DNA of 56,400 nucleotides from Bacteroidales bacterium (GTDB lineage Bacteria > Bacteroidota > Bacteroidia > Bacteroidales > F082): NCBI GenBank assembly GCA_015493215.1, contig WGDP01000205.1, positions 1 through 56,400 of the forward strand, in the 5' to 3' direction. Of the stretch, positions 9,667-19,625 are shown piece by piece. Below the pieces are notes generated by a model. That model ran no database searches. It was given only the letters and a program-made list of their open reading frames with translations, and was not told the DNA's origin. Positions within the stretch are counted from its first letter, which is position 1; each line of letters begins with the position of its first letter. A program made the translations under genes and the position numbers.

Positions 9667-9717
9667 ACTATTTCTTTATGTTATTGCAAATATACATATT
9701 ATTCTCCGCATAAATAA

Positions 9718-9749
9718 GGAAAATACGGTTTTTATTCTCCGTATTTTTC
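9718..9749 (-). terminator. Possible terminator hairpin downstream of the PHP phosphatase gene
   Basis: Stem gaaaatacgg / ccgtattttc with a 10-nt loop, 34 nt past the minus-strand stop at 9783. The following T-rich tract is weak. Confidence 0.35.
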
Positions 9750-9782
9750 ATTTCACACATTGGCTCTAACAAAAATATAAAA

Positions 9783-10625
9783 TTACAATCCTTTCTCTAT
9801 CCACCTGCCCTCTTTAAAAAACATGATTCTTTTACACCCATATTGCCGTAGTTTTGAAACGGCATAATCAAAAAACAGGTTAATCTCTTCGGGTTGATGA
9901 GCATCCGATGAAACAATAACCGGAATATTTAAATTGATAACCTGTTGCAGGGTTTCTGAATCGGGAAACAGCTTGTTGCTGCGCTTTTTATAAAGTCCGC
10001 GGGTGTTTATTTCAATTATTAAATCTTTTTCCTTTATAAGATGTAAAGTTTCGGAAACAAGCGCCCGGTACCACTTTTCATCTTCGGTAAAATAGCGGTT
10101 TTGATTGTGCATGGTAATTTTGTCAACATGAGCAACCACATCAAACCGCTGGCTCTCCACCATGCCATTTATTTGATGATAGTAGGTGGTTACCGCTTTT
10201 TTAATGTTATTATCAAAGTATTTCTCAACGCCATTATCGTAAATGGTACGGTCGGGGCCATCGGTAAACCAAAGTTCGTCGGTATGGGGCGGCTTTACCA
10301 AATGTACCCCACCAATGGCATAGTCAACTTTGCATGCTTGTTTCCACTGCTCGAACTTTTCCGAAAAACCAGGTATAAAATCCAGTTCCAACGAGCGGTA
10401 AATTGACAATTTGTTGCTGTATTTTTCCTTCAGGCTTTCGATGGTTGCAACATACCGCTCAATATTTTTTTGCTTAAGCGAAAAAGGTGTGTCAAAGGGC
10501 AGAGGCGAATGCTCTGAAAATCCAATAGCCTCAAACCCAAGTTTAACGGCCTGCTGTACATAAGCTTCGGGTTCGGCTTTTCCATCGGAAAAAACGGAAT
10601 GTTGATGAAAATTGAAATTAATCAT
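9783..10625 (-). CDS. PHP-family histidinol-phosphatase (HisJ-like)
   Basis: Metal-ligand pattern of HisJ/PHP phosphoesterases: HQHSVFSDGK at the N-terminus, GFSEHSP, GGVHL and SSDAH near the C-terminus. Confidence 0.75.
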   Translation of the reverse strand: MINFNFHQHSVFSDGKAEPEAYVQQAVKLGFEAIGFSEHSPLPFDTPFSLKQKNIERYVATIESLKEKYSNKLSIYRSLELDFIPGFSEKFEQWKQACKVDYAIGGVHLVKPPHTDELWFTDGPDRTIYDNGVEKYFDNNIKKAVTTYYHQINGMVESQRFDVVAHVDKITMHNQNRYFTEDEKWYRALVSETLHLIKEKDLIIEINTRGLYKKRSNKLFPDSETLQQVINLNIPVIVSSDAHQPEEINLFFDYAVSKLRQYGCKRIMFFKEGRWIEKGL

Positions 10626-10628
10626 TTT

Positions 10629-11354
10629 TTATGCTTTGTATTTAACCGCTGCCATAAATGCAGGTTTACCATCACTTTTTTTAATACCCCGAATGGTGGT
10701 ACCCTCCTCATCTGCTTGTAGAATAACTGTTTCATCCAGATAAGTCTCGTTGAAAAAAGTAATTTGTATCAAATCAATTTCTTTTTCGCCATGAATTTGA
10801 TAAAGGGCATCTTCCATCCAGTTAAAATAACGTCGTGCCGTTGCATGTCCGTTAAGATCCATATCGGAGTGGCGGATAGTAACTGAAAAAAGGTCGCTAA
10901 AATTCCCTTTTCTGTTGGCAACAGGCGGAGTGGCTGTAAAGGCCTTTTCCTGTTGCTCAAATTTTAAAATATGTTCAAACTGATTTAATCTTTTGGGGCG
11001 GCGCGATTGCAGGTCGATAATCAACCATTCGGAGTTGGCAACACACAGGGTGTTTTCCTCTTCATCAAGCATCACAAACTCACGCAACCCTGCCAGTCCG
11101 CTAATACCTGCAGGCCAGGTGGTAAGGGTAATGGATTCATCCCAAACAGGGCGCCGGTTTATTTGGATGTTCATGCGGAAAAGTACCCAGTTGAGGTTGT
11201 TATTTTTCAGCTCTTTATAGCCAAACCCCAGGTTTTCGGCATGCTGAGTGGCTGTATTTATTAATAGCTGCCCCAAACCCGAGAGGCTTAATTTGCCTGA
11301 TACATCGGTGTTTTCCCAATGAACCGACAGGGCTTGTTTCCATGTTGTTTTCAT
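10629..11354 (-). CDS. Acyl-ACP thioesterase
   Basis: About 240 aa double hot-dog layout with two halves, each carrying D.D..GH-like segments (RHSDMDLNGHATARRY). The N-terminal half resembles the FatA/B-type bacterial thioesterase family. Confidence 0.7.
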   Translation of the reverse strand: MKTTWKQALSVHWENTDVSGKLSLSGLGQLLINTATQHAENLGFGYKELKNNNLNWVLFRMNIQINRRPVWDESITLTTWPAGISGLAGLREFVMLDEEENTLCVANSEWLIIDLQSRRPKRLNQFEHILKFEQQEKAFTATPPVANRKGNFSDLFSVTIRHSDMDLNGHATARRYFNWMEDALYQIHGEKEIDLIQITFFNETYLDETVILQADEEGTTIRGIKKSDGKPAFMAAVKYKA

Positions 11355-11554
11355 GGGCTAAAAGTAGGAAAAAGAGTGAGTAATTCAGATAGAAGTATTG
11401 AACTTGTTTTAAGTCTTTTATTTGAACTACCGCTAACACATTGCATTTCAAATAAAAATTAGCCACATATTCAATAAAAAAAGGGTAAATTTCGCATCCT
11501 TATCAGTGGCAAACGAGTTTTTTATATTTTTGACAAAACATTAAACAAACCGTC

Positions 11555-12169
11555 ATGCTCATCATTGGAATTGCAGGGGGTAGCGGCTCCGGAAAAACAA
11601 CTGTTGTTAAAAAAATTGTAGAAGAGCTTCCCTCTCATGCAGTTGCCGTAGTTTCGCAGGATTCGTATTATTACGACAACGGACACCTTTCGCAGGAAGA
11701 AAAAGAAAAGATAAACTTCGACCATCCCAACTCCATTGAGTTTGATTTACTTATAAACCATGTTAACAAACTGCAAAAGGGCGAAACCATTCCAATGCCC
11801 ATCTATTCGTATGTAACCTGTGCGCGAGCTAAGGAGAGCATTCCCGTTGACCCTCATCCGGTAATTATTGTGGAAGGCATCTTAATTTTTACCAACGAAG
11901 AGCTTAGAAACATGCTTGATATTAAGCTGTTTGTGGATACTGACGGCGATGACAGGCTTATGCGTATTATCCGTCGTGATATTCAGGAAAGAGGCCGTAA
12001 TTATAACGATGCACTCAACCATTACGACCGGTTTGTTAAGCCCATGCACCAACAATTTATTGAGCCGACCAAACGTTATGCCGATGTAATTATCCCGCAG
12101 GGAGGTAAAAACAGAGTAGCCATCGATATGGTGGTTTCACGAATTAAAATGAACTTAAACATCACCTGA
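11555..12169 (+). CDS. udk: Uridine kinase
   Basis: P-loop IGIAGGSGSGKTT, FDHPNSIEFDLL, and LFVDTDGDDRLMRIIRRDIQERGR. Confidence 0.9.
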   Translation: MLIIGIAGGSGSGKTTVVKKIVEELPSHAVAVVSQDSYYYDNGHLSQEEKEKINFDHPNSIEFDLLINHVNKLQKGETIPMPIYSYVTCARAKESIPVDPHPVIIVEGILIFTNEELRNMLDIKLFVDTDGDDRLMRIIRRDIQERGRNYNDALNHYDRFVKPMHQQFIEPTKRYADVIIPQGGKNRVAIDMVVSRIKMNLNIT

Positions 12170-12171
12170 TT

Positions 12172-13143
12172 TTGTTGCGTTCAATAACTATATTGTTTCC
12201 AATATTGTTGTTTGCAATGCTGTTTACCAGATGTAATAAAACAACCATCCCTCCGGCAAAGGAGCACTTTATCAGGTTTACCGATAAAGACGGTTTGATA
12301 AGTAATGAAGTAACCGCGCTTAAAATTGACAGTGATGGAAATATTTGGGTAGGAACCAGCTATGGTGTTTCTAAATATGATGGGTCAACATTTACAAATT
12401 ATACGAAAAACAATGGGTTGATATATCATCAAATAAATAATATTGCCATTGCCAATAACGGGCAGGTTTGGTTTGCCACCAATTACGGTGCCTCCGTATT
12501 TGACGGTGTTTTATGGACTAGTTATACAATGGAAAGCGGGCTTGGATACAACCTGATTTACGACATTGCCTTTGAAAGCCCGGGCAATATTTGGTTTGCC
12601 ACAGGAAATGGAGTTACTGAATTTAACTACGAAGGCAACTGGCATTACTTTAAAAAAGAGCAGGATTCGGCACTAATTCACAACATTGTTAAAAGTGTAA
12701 TTGTTGACGGAAATAATAACAAGTGGTTTGGAACCGAATACGGGTTATCGCGTTACGCGCAGGGAAAATGGAAAAGCTACCTGTCGAACAATGCTTTAAA
12801 CGATTATATTTTTACCCTTTTTGCCGACAATAATAATGCATTGTGGATGGGAACATTGGGAGGTGCATTGCATTTAGAAAACGATTCAATTGTTGCACTT
12901 ACCACCAATGACGGGTTGATAAATAACCGGGTTGAGCATATTGCTCAGGATTTAAACGGGAATTACTGGTTTGGTACTAAAAGTGGTGTTTCGATGTATG
13001 ATGGCACTAATTGGAAGACCTATAATGTTGATAATGGGTTACCTGAAAACTGGATTACCGGAATAGCCATTGACAATCACAACAATGTTTGGCTGGGAAC
13101 CAGAAATCATGGTATTGTTAAAATAGAAAAAGCCATCCCTTAG
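12172..13143 (+). CDS. Stand-alone two-component-regulator propeller (Reg_prop) repeat lipoprotein
   Basis: At least six repeats of the G.(I/V)W(F/V)GT..G(V/L)S.Y(D).. type. A TTG start gives a hydrophobic signal ending at Cys (MLFTRC). There is no kinase or HTH domain. Confidence 0.65.
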   Translation: MLRSITILFPILLFAMLFTRCNKTTIPPAKEHFIRFTDKDGLISNEVTALKIDSDGNIWVGTSYGVSKYDGSTFTNYTKNNGLIYHQINNIAIANNGQVWFATNYGASVFDGVLWTSYTMESGLGYNLIYDIAFESPGNIWFATGNGVTEFNYEGNWHYFKKEQDSALIHNIVKSVIVDGNNNKWFGTEYGLSRYAQGKWKSYLSNNALNDYIFTLFADNNNALWMGTLGGALHLENDSIVALTTNDGLINNRVEHIAQDLNGNYWFGTKSGVSMYDGTNWKTYNVDNGLPENWITGIAIDNHNNVWLGTRNHGIVKIEKAIP

Positions 13144-13269
13144 TTTATAAATTGTTACCCTACCCCAACCACCGAAATAAAAGTTTTTATTCCAACGATT
13201 GCCTGTTTTACTTACTTTTCACTACTTTTGGCATCAGATAAAACAAACATTAATTCCGATTACCATCGG

Positions 13270-13300
13270 AGAAATATTGCTGAAAACAATATTTCTTTTA
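13270..13300 (+). promoter_or_regulatory. Terminator-like hairpin in the corA 5' leader (possible attenuator)
   Basis: agaaatattg-ctgaaaa-caatatttct forms a 10-bp stem followed by tttt, 18 nt before the corA ATG. It is preceded by a second hairpin, tccgat-tacc-atcgga (13255-13270), and by a TACTTTTG -7 box at 13223-13230. Confidence 0.35.
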
Positions 13301-13317
13301 ACATAGGAGATTAACCT

Positions 13318-14229
13318 ATGATAGAAACTGTAAAATTAGGGGGAAGGCTAAAATGGCATCACGTCAGTAATCCAACAGAAGATGATTTTAATCATTTAAT
13401 CAATACTTTTCATTTTCACCCGCTTGATATCGAAGACTGTAAGCAAACCAATCAGCGGCCTAAAATTGACGTTTACGACGAGTACTATTTTCTTATCCTT
13501 CATTTTCCCAAATTTGACAGTCAAAACCGTTTTATTAAACCCAAAGAGGTAAAAATATTTTGGGGCGAGGACTATATTATTTCCATAGGAAAATCACATT
13601 GGGTAATTGATAAATTATACAAAGAAGCGCAGGAACAGGAAAAAAACGATGAAGATTTTGAAGTTGCCACTTCCGATGCCTTGCTATATGCCATTCTTGA
13701 AAGGTTAATGACCGAATCGGTTTTTATTATGAGAAAGATGGGTCTTGAATTGGAACTTTTAAACCGCGAATTGTTCAACATCCATCCGGAACGCATTATC
13801 GAACGCATGTCGATAACACGGAAAAATATTATTGTACTTAACACTATGTTTAAGCCGCAACTTCGGGTGTTTAACAAGTTTGAGTCGGGGGGTATTAAAG
13901 GATACGCCGACAACATGGAGGACTACTGGGGTAATATACTTGACTACTACAACAAAATTTGGGACATGACTGAAGACTATGCCGAACTTATTGAAGGACT
14001 CTCGGTAACATTCGACTCCATGCAGACCAACAAAACCAATGAAATCATGAAAATACTTACTTTGATTTCATCTATTATTCTTCCTTTAACCTTTGTAACC
14101 AGCTTGTATGGTATGAACGTTTTCCTTCCGTTACAGGAAAATGTTTATGCATTTTGGATATTAATGGGACTTATGGTTCTCGCAGCAGCCTCTCTGGTTT
14201 ATTATTTCCGTAAAAAAAACTGGATGTAA
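13318..14229 (+). CDS. corA: CorA-family magnesium/cobalt transporter
   Basis: Two C-terminal TM helices with the signature YGMN (SLYGMNVFLP). Soluble N-terminal domain of ~240 aa. Confidence 0.85.
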   Translation: MIETVKLGGRLKWHHVSNPTEDDFNHLINTFHFHPLDIEDCKQTNQRPKIDVYDEYYFLILHFPKFDSQNRFIKPKEVKIFWGEDYIISIGKSHWVIDKLYKEAQEQEKNDEDFEVATSDALLYAILERLMTESVFIMRKMGLELELLNRELFNIHPERIIERMSITRKNIIVLNTMFKPQLRVFNKFESGGIKGYADNMEDYWGNILDYYNKIWDMTEDYAELIEGLSVTFDSMQTNKTNEIMKILTLISSIILPLTFVTSLYGMNVFLPLQENVYAFWILMGLMVLAAASLVYYFRKKNWM

Positions 14230-14363
14230 CATTTTCTGCATTTCATAAAAATAGCCTATATTTACAGTCGCAACAAAACCAGAATTACAGAAGCTAAATT
14301 TCCCAAAGTTTAAACCGATGACAATCGATTCGTGTCGATTGCCGCAATATACTCACATCCGGC

Positions 14364-16937
14364 ATGAAACGTTTAATTAATTATTCGATAGTTTTTTTAC
14401 TTTTTACTTTTTTAAATGTTAACAATACAGTTGGAGCAGTTACTACCATCGATAGTCTCCGAAACGCTTTATTATCTCATTCCGAAGCAGATACAAACCG
14501 GGTAATATTATCGTTAAAACTCAGTAAAGAATTTTTTGCAATAAACATCGACAGTACTTTAAAATACGCAGAAATTGCAAACAATCTTTCAAATGAATTA
14601 AATTATGTGGAAGGGGCGGCCAAAGCACAAAACATTTTAGGTGCCTGTTACTATATGAAATCGAATTTTACCAAAGCCATTGAATACTTCAAAAAATCAT
14701 TGCGTAAAAATGAAATATTAGGAAACAAACGGGGCTTGTCCGACACCTACAACAATATAGGAGCTATTTATAAAATTGAGAGTAACTACCCTAAAGCACT
14801 TGAGTATTTTCAAAAATCGCTGACCATTGAAAAGAAACTAAATAACACAGAAGGTATTGCCGGCTCGTATGGAAACATTGGCATTGTTTACGACATATTG
14901 GAGGAGTATCCCACAGCATTAAAGTATTATTTGAACGCACTGAAAAGCTATCAGAAAGCCCACGATTCAACTGGTATTTCTGATATCTATCATAATATGG
15001 GCATTGACTACTTTTCTCAAAAAATGTATTCAAAGGCATTGGAATATTTTAAAAAGTCAAATGAGATATATAAAAAGTTAAAAAACAACAGAGGTATTGC
15101 CTGGTCGTATCTTAACATGGGTAAAGTTTACAGGGTTCAAAAAAAATATAACAAAGCAAAAAAATATTTTACACATTCGTTAGCATTAAGTGTTAAAACG
15201 GGAAATAAAAGTCTGGAGGCTAAAAACTATGTAGAGTTAAGCTTGCTTTATCTCGACCTAAACAAACCCCAAACGGCCAATAACTATGCGGATAAAGCAT
15301 ACCGGATTGCCAAAACCACCGGAGATACGGAGTTGTTGAGAGACGTATTGGGTATTTTATCGTCAAGTTATGCCAAATTGGGTTTATACAAAAAAGCCTA
15401 CACCTACCATGTAAAGTATAAAAATCTGAACGACAGTGTTTTTAATAATGACAACATTAGAAAATTTACAAAACTTGAGTATCAGTATAAATACGAAAAG
15501 GAAAAGGAAGCTGAAAAACTAAATCAAAAGAAAAAAGATGAAATATTGGCCAAAGAGATAAAGTTTCAAACAACCATTAAATATATACTGATAACAAGCC
15601 TGATTATTGCTTTTATTATTATTCTTTTGTTTATTTGGCTGTATCGGGACAAAATAAAGGCCAACGATTTATTGATACAAAAAAACAAAGAGATATTACA
15701 ACAGCAGGACTTAATTTCAAAGCAAAATATGGAGATTAAAAAGCACTCGGAAGAGCTGCTTGAGCACAAAAGAAATCTTGAAGAAACTGTTCAAAAACGT
15801 ACTGCTGAGCTGCAAAAAGCCAAAGAAAAAGCCGAAGAGAGTGACAAGCTTAAGTCTGCCTTTTTAAACAATGTATCACACGAGTTCCGAACCCCTATGA
15901 ATGGTATTATTGGGTTTTCAGCTTTTCTTACCGAGCCGAACCTGTCGCCGGATATTCAGGAAGAGTATGCAAGTCTTGTTAACCAAAGTTGTAAGCAACT
16001 GCTGCATGTTGTAAACGACACTGTTGAAATATCAAAGGTACACAGCCATCAAACCGAAGTAACCAAATCAGTTGTAAATATTGTTGATGTAATAAACAAT
16101 ACCATTGATAATTTTAGTGATTTTGTAGGGCAAAAAAGTTTGACTATCAGGTTTCAAAACAGCATTGGAAAATCCAATTCCGAAATAGTTACAGATGGTT
16201 ATAAAATAGAACGTATTATTTGGCATTTGATTGACAATGCCATAAAATTTTCCTATTCGGGACAAATTACAGTTTCGTTAACAACAACCGACAAGAACCA
16301 ATTAAAGTTTACGGTTGAAGATACAGGAATAGGCATTCCTGATGAGCTTCAGGAAATTGTGTTCGACCCTTACCGGCAGGTTGAAACGGGCAATGCAAAA
16401 CGTTTTGGCGGAGTCGGAGTCGGTCTGTCACTCACCAAAGCATATGTAACTATGTTGGGAGGCAGTATAAATCTTAAATCGGCCTCTGGTAAAGGAACCG
16501 CGATTTCCGTTTTGCTTCCCATCGAAAAACCCGATTTCGATAAAGCAACTTCAGGCAGGAAACCTACCGGCAATATAAATCAGAAAACAATACTAATTGC
16601 CGAAGACAACGAACTCAACTATTTGTTACTGGAAACCATTCTTTCTAAATTTGAAACCAGGTTGTACCATGCCTGGAACGGCAAACAGGCACTTGAAATA
16701 CTTGAAGAAAACCCTGAAATTGATGTGATTTTAATGGATTTAAAGATGCCTGTTATGGATGGTTATGAAGCTGTATCGGAAATAAAACGCAGGCATCCCG
16801 GAATTCCGGTTATTGCACAAACAGCCTATACCGTTCACGCTGATTTAAAAGAGCTAAATAAAATAAATTTTGACGGTTATGTTACCAAGCCCATTAAAAT
16901 GTCAAACCTTATAAATGTTTTAAAACGGGTGCTGTAA
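14364..16937 (+). CDS. Hybrid sensor histidine kinase/response regulator with N-terminal TPR array
   Basis: Signal peptide, about 7 TPR units (Y.N(I/M)G..Y......A(L)(E/K)Y), one TM helix and a coiled coil. These are followed by HisKA (SHEFRTPMNGI), HATPase (DTGIGIP ... GGVGVGLSL) and a receiver domain (ILMDLKMPVMDG). Confidence 0.85.
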   Translation: MKRLINYSIVFLLFTFLNVNNTVGAVTTIDSLRNALLSHSEADTNRVILSLKLSKEFFAINIDSTLKYAEIANNLSNELNYVEGAAKAQNILGACYYMKSNFTKAIEYFKKSLRKNEILGNKRGLSDTYNNIGAIYKIESNYPKALEYFQKSLTIEKKLNNTEGIAGSYGNIGIVYDILEEYPTALKYYLNALKSYQKAHDSTGISDIYHNMGIDYFSQKMYSKALEYFKKSNEIYKKLKNNRGIAWSYLNMGKVYRVQKKYNKAKKYFTHSLALSVKTGNKSLEAKNYVELSLLYLDLNKPQTANNYADKAYRIAKTTGDTELLRDVLGILSSSYAKLGLYKKAYTYHVKYKNLNDSVFNNDNIRKFTKLEYQYKYEKEKEAEKLNQKKKDEILAKEIKFQTTIKYILITSLIIAFIIILLFIWLYRDKIKANDLLIQKNKEILQQQDLISKQNMEIKKHSEELLEHKRNLEETVQKRTAELQKAKEKAEESDKLKSAFLNNVSHEFRTPMNGIIGFSAFLTEPNLSPDIQEEYASLVNQSCKQLLHVVNDTVEISKVHSHQTEVTKSVVNIVDVINNTIDNFSDFVGQKSLTIRFQNSIGKSNSEIVTDGYKIERIIWHLIDNAIKFSYSGQITVSLTTTDKNQLKFTVEDTGIGIPDELQEIVFDPYRQVETGNAKRFGGVGVGLSLTKAYVTMLGGSINLKSASGKGTAISVLLPIEKPDFDKATSGRKPTGNINQKTILIAEDNELNYLLLETILSKFETRLYHAWNGKQALEILEENPEIDVILMDLKMPVMDGYEAVSEIKRRHPGIPVIAQTAYTVHADLKELNKINFDGYVTKPIKMSNLINVLKRVL

Positions 16938-16988
16938 TCAAACCCGAACATATTTTTTTTAAATACCTTTTTGTCTGCCATTTCTGAC

Positions 16989-16996
16989 TAATTTTG
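16989..16996 (+). promoter_or_regulatory. Candidate -7 promoter box (TAATTTTG) for glnS
   Basis: TAnnTTTG match 25 nt upstream of the glnS ATG. Confidence 0.35.
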
Positions 16997-17020
16997 CAGC
17001 TTTAAAAAACTGAACACAAA

Positions 17021-18703
17021 ATGGAAACTCCCGACAAGGAAAAAAAATCACTGAATTTTATCGAATCCATCATCGAAGAGGATATTCGGAATAAAAAACA
17101 TGAAACAGGCATACATCTTCGTTTTCCACCCGAACCCAATGGTTATCTGCACATTGGCCATGCCAAATCCATCTGTTTAAACTTTGGACTGGCACAAGAG
17201 TACAATGGTAAATGTAATCTTCGTTTCGACGATACCAATCCTGCCAAAGAAGATGTGGAATATGTAGATTCCATTAAAGAAGATATTAAGTGGCTTGGGT
17301 TTACCTGGGATGAAGGCCCTTACTATGCTTCCGATTACTTTGATAAACTTTACGAATGGGCTGTTAAACTGATTAAAGAGGGGAAAGCCTATGTGGACGA
17401 GCAGTCGCAGGAGGTAATCAGTGAACAAAAGGGTGTTCCTACCCGCCCGGGTATTGAAAGCCCGTATCGTAATCGGCCTGTAGAGGAGAGTCTTGCCCTT
17501 TTTGAACAAATGAAAAACGGTGATTTTGAAGATGGTACCAAGGTTTTAAGGGCGAAAGTTGATATGACTTCCCCCAATATGCACATGCGCGACCCCATCA
17601 TGTACCGTATTTTGCACAGCGAACATCATCGCACCGGTAACAAATGGAATATTTATCCCATGTACGACTGGGCACACGGGCAATCGGATTTTATTGAAGG
17701 AATAACACATTCGTTGTGTACACTTGAGTTTGAAATCCACCGACCGTTGTACGACTGGTTTTTAGACCAAATTACTGAGAACAATTACCGTCCCCGTCAG
17801 ATTGAGTTTGCACGACTTAACCTGAGTTACACCGTTATGAGCAAGCGAAAGCTGCTTCAATTGGTTGAAGAGGGAATTGTTAACGGCTGGGACGACCCGC
17901 GAATGCCTACCATCTCAGGCCTGCGCCGAAGAGGATATACACCTGAATCCATTCGTAACTTTGCCGACCGCATCGGAGTAGCCAAACGCGACAACGTAAT
18001 TGATGTCGGTTTACTGGAGTTTTCGGTTCGCGAACATCTTAATAAAATCACCGACCGTGTGATGGCAGTACTTGACCCCGTTAAGGTAATCATTACCAAC
18101 TATCCCGAAGGACAATCGGAAGATGTTGAGTTGATTAATAATCCCGAAGACGAGAACTCAGGAAGCAGAATGGTTCCGTTTGGACGTGAAATTTATATTG
18201 AACGCAACGACTTTATGGAAGACCCTCCCAAAAAGTTTTTCCGTATGGGTCCCGGTCGTGAAGTTCGCCTCAAAGGTGCTTATATCATCAAATGCGAAGA
18301 TTATAAAAAAGATGAAGCCGGTAACATTACCGAAATATACTGTACTTACGATTCGGAAACAAAAAGCGGCAGTGGTGCCACCCGAAAAGTAAAAGGAACC
18401 CTTCACTGGGTTTCGGCTGAAAAAGCCATTGATGCCGAAGTAAGAGTGTACGACCGACTGTTTTTGGATGAAGACCCCGATGGCCACAAAGAGAAAAGCT
18501 TTAAGGATTTTCTGAATCCCGAATCGTTGACCGAACTTAAAAATTGTAAACTGGAACCTTCGCTAAAAAATGCCAAACCGGGTGATAAGTTTCAGTTTCA
18601 ACGACTGGGGTATTTTTGTGTTGACCCCGACAGCACCAACGACAGACTAATATTTAACCGTACGGTTCCGCTGCGTGACAGTTGGGCAAAAAAGAACAGA
18701 TAA
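17021..18703 (+). CDS. glnS: Glutamine--tRNA ligase
   Basis: Class I signatures [14 protein letters not shown] (HIGH) and VMSKRKL (KMSKS). Length is ~560 aa with a GlnRS-type C-terminal anticodon-binding barrel. Confidence 0.95.
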   Translation: METPDKEKKSLNFIESIIEEDIRNKKHETGIHLRFPPEPNGYLHIGHAKSICLNFGLAQEYNGKCNLRFDDTNPAKEDVEYVDSIKEDIKWLGFTWDEGPYYASDYFDKLYEWAVKLIKEGKAYVDEQSQEVISEQKGVPTRPGIESPYRNRPVEESLALFEQMKNGDFEDGTKVLRAKVDMTSPNMHMRDPIMYRILHSEHHRTGNKWNIYPMYDWAHGQSDFIEGITHSLCTLEFEIHRPLYDWFLDQITENNYRPRQIEFARLNLSYTVMSKRKLLQLVEEGIVNGWDDPRMPTISGLRRRGYTPESIRNFADRIGVAKRDNVIDVGLLEFSVREHLNKITDRVMAVLDPVKVIITNYPEGQSEDVELINNPEDENSGSRMVPFGREIYIERNDFMEDPPKKFFRMGPGREVRLKGAYIIKCEDYKKDEAGNITEIYCTYDSETKSGSGATRKVKGTLHWVSAEKAIDAEVRVYDRLFLDEDPDGHKEKSFKDFLNPESLTELKNCKLEPSLKNAKPGDKFQFQRLGYFCVDPDSTNDRLIFNRTVPLRDSWAKKNR

Positions 18704-18731
18704 AACAGGCTGACACAATGGGCAGGTAACC

Positions 18732-19466
18732 TTAAAAACTGTTACTTACCAGCCAAAATACACCTACAATTACAGCAGCCAACCCACCGTAAAAACGGAG
18801 GTTGGTGAGTAATTTTTTGCTTTTGGCAAAACGCTCCATCTTGTTGAGTTTGCCTATAATAACGGTATAAATAACCATGGCGGTAATAATACCGATGCCA
18901 AAGCCCACAATATATTGTACCGATTCAAATTTTGATTCGTAGCCCAAAACCGGCAGCATCAGTAAAAAATGAGATATTCCGGCAAAGCCGTGGATAATGC
19001 CCACCAACAGTGCCATGCTGTTGTTCTGCCTTGCTGTTTTATGATGTTCATGGGTGTGAGCCGAATCGTTATAGGCTTCGTCTTCATGTGCATGGCCGTG
19101 AATATGAAGATACTCACCGGTTTCGTCCTGATGTTTGTGAGGGTGGACATGATTTTTTTTATCGTGCTTAATACGATAAAAAGACCATATACCAATGCCA
19201 ATCAGGATTACGCCTACCATTTGCTCGCCATACTGCGATATCTTTTCAACTGGGATATACTCTTTGAACCAGTAAAACAAAACCCCGATAAGCAACATGC
19301 CGATTACATGGCCTGTTCCCCAAAAAAAACCAATTTGCCAGTGCTTTTTTTCGGTATCAAAAACGATGGGGGTTACTGCCGCAAGATGATCGGGGCCGCT
19401 TAGCACATGCACAATGGCTGCGGTTAAACCCATTAACCAGGGAAAAAGATGGATGAATGATTCCAT
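18732..19466 (-). CDS. HupE/UreJ- or NicO-like nickel/cobalt transporter with His-rich loop
   Basis: About six TM helices, HVLSGPDHLAAV and GTGHVIGM motifs, and a central loop HDKKNHVHPHKHQDETGEYLHIHGHAHEDEAYNDSAHTHEHHK. Confidence 0.55.
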   Translation of the reverse strand: MESFIHLFPWLMGLTAAIVHVLSGPDHLAAVTPIVFDTEKKHWQIGFFWGTGHVIGMLLIGVLFYWFKEYIPVEKISQYGEQMVGVILIGIGIWSFYRIKHDKKNHVHPHKHQDETGEYLHIHGHAHEDEAYNDSAHTHEHHKTARQNNSMALLVGIIHGFAGISHFLLMLPVLGYESKFESVQYIVGFGIGIITAMVIYTVIIGKLNKMERFAKSKKLLTNLRFYGGLAAVIVGVFWLVSNSF

Positions 19467-19625
19467 TGTTTTTTTATGTTGAAGGTTGTAAAAATTTTAA
19501 CCTTTATGGCCGGAATTGCAAACCCAAACCGGGGCTTTCTCAGTTTGTCATTCTGAGCGCCCGCCTCAATGACTTAGTCGGGCAGGAAATCGAAGAATGA
19601 CAAAATAGTCATCCAAAACCAAAAA

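Noticed and set aside
8422-9782. Fic as part of a toxin-antitoxin pair
   Set aside because: There is no small ORF adjacent on either side. The inhibitory SxxxEG motif is internal (class II), so a separate antitoxin is not expected.
18969-19403. 144-aa plus-strand ORF inside the Ni/Co transporter gene
   Set aside because: It is antisense to a coherent six-TM protein with a His-rich loop, and its own translation has no recognisable features.
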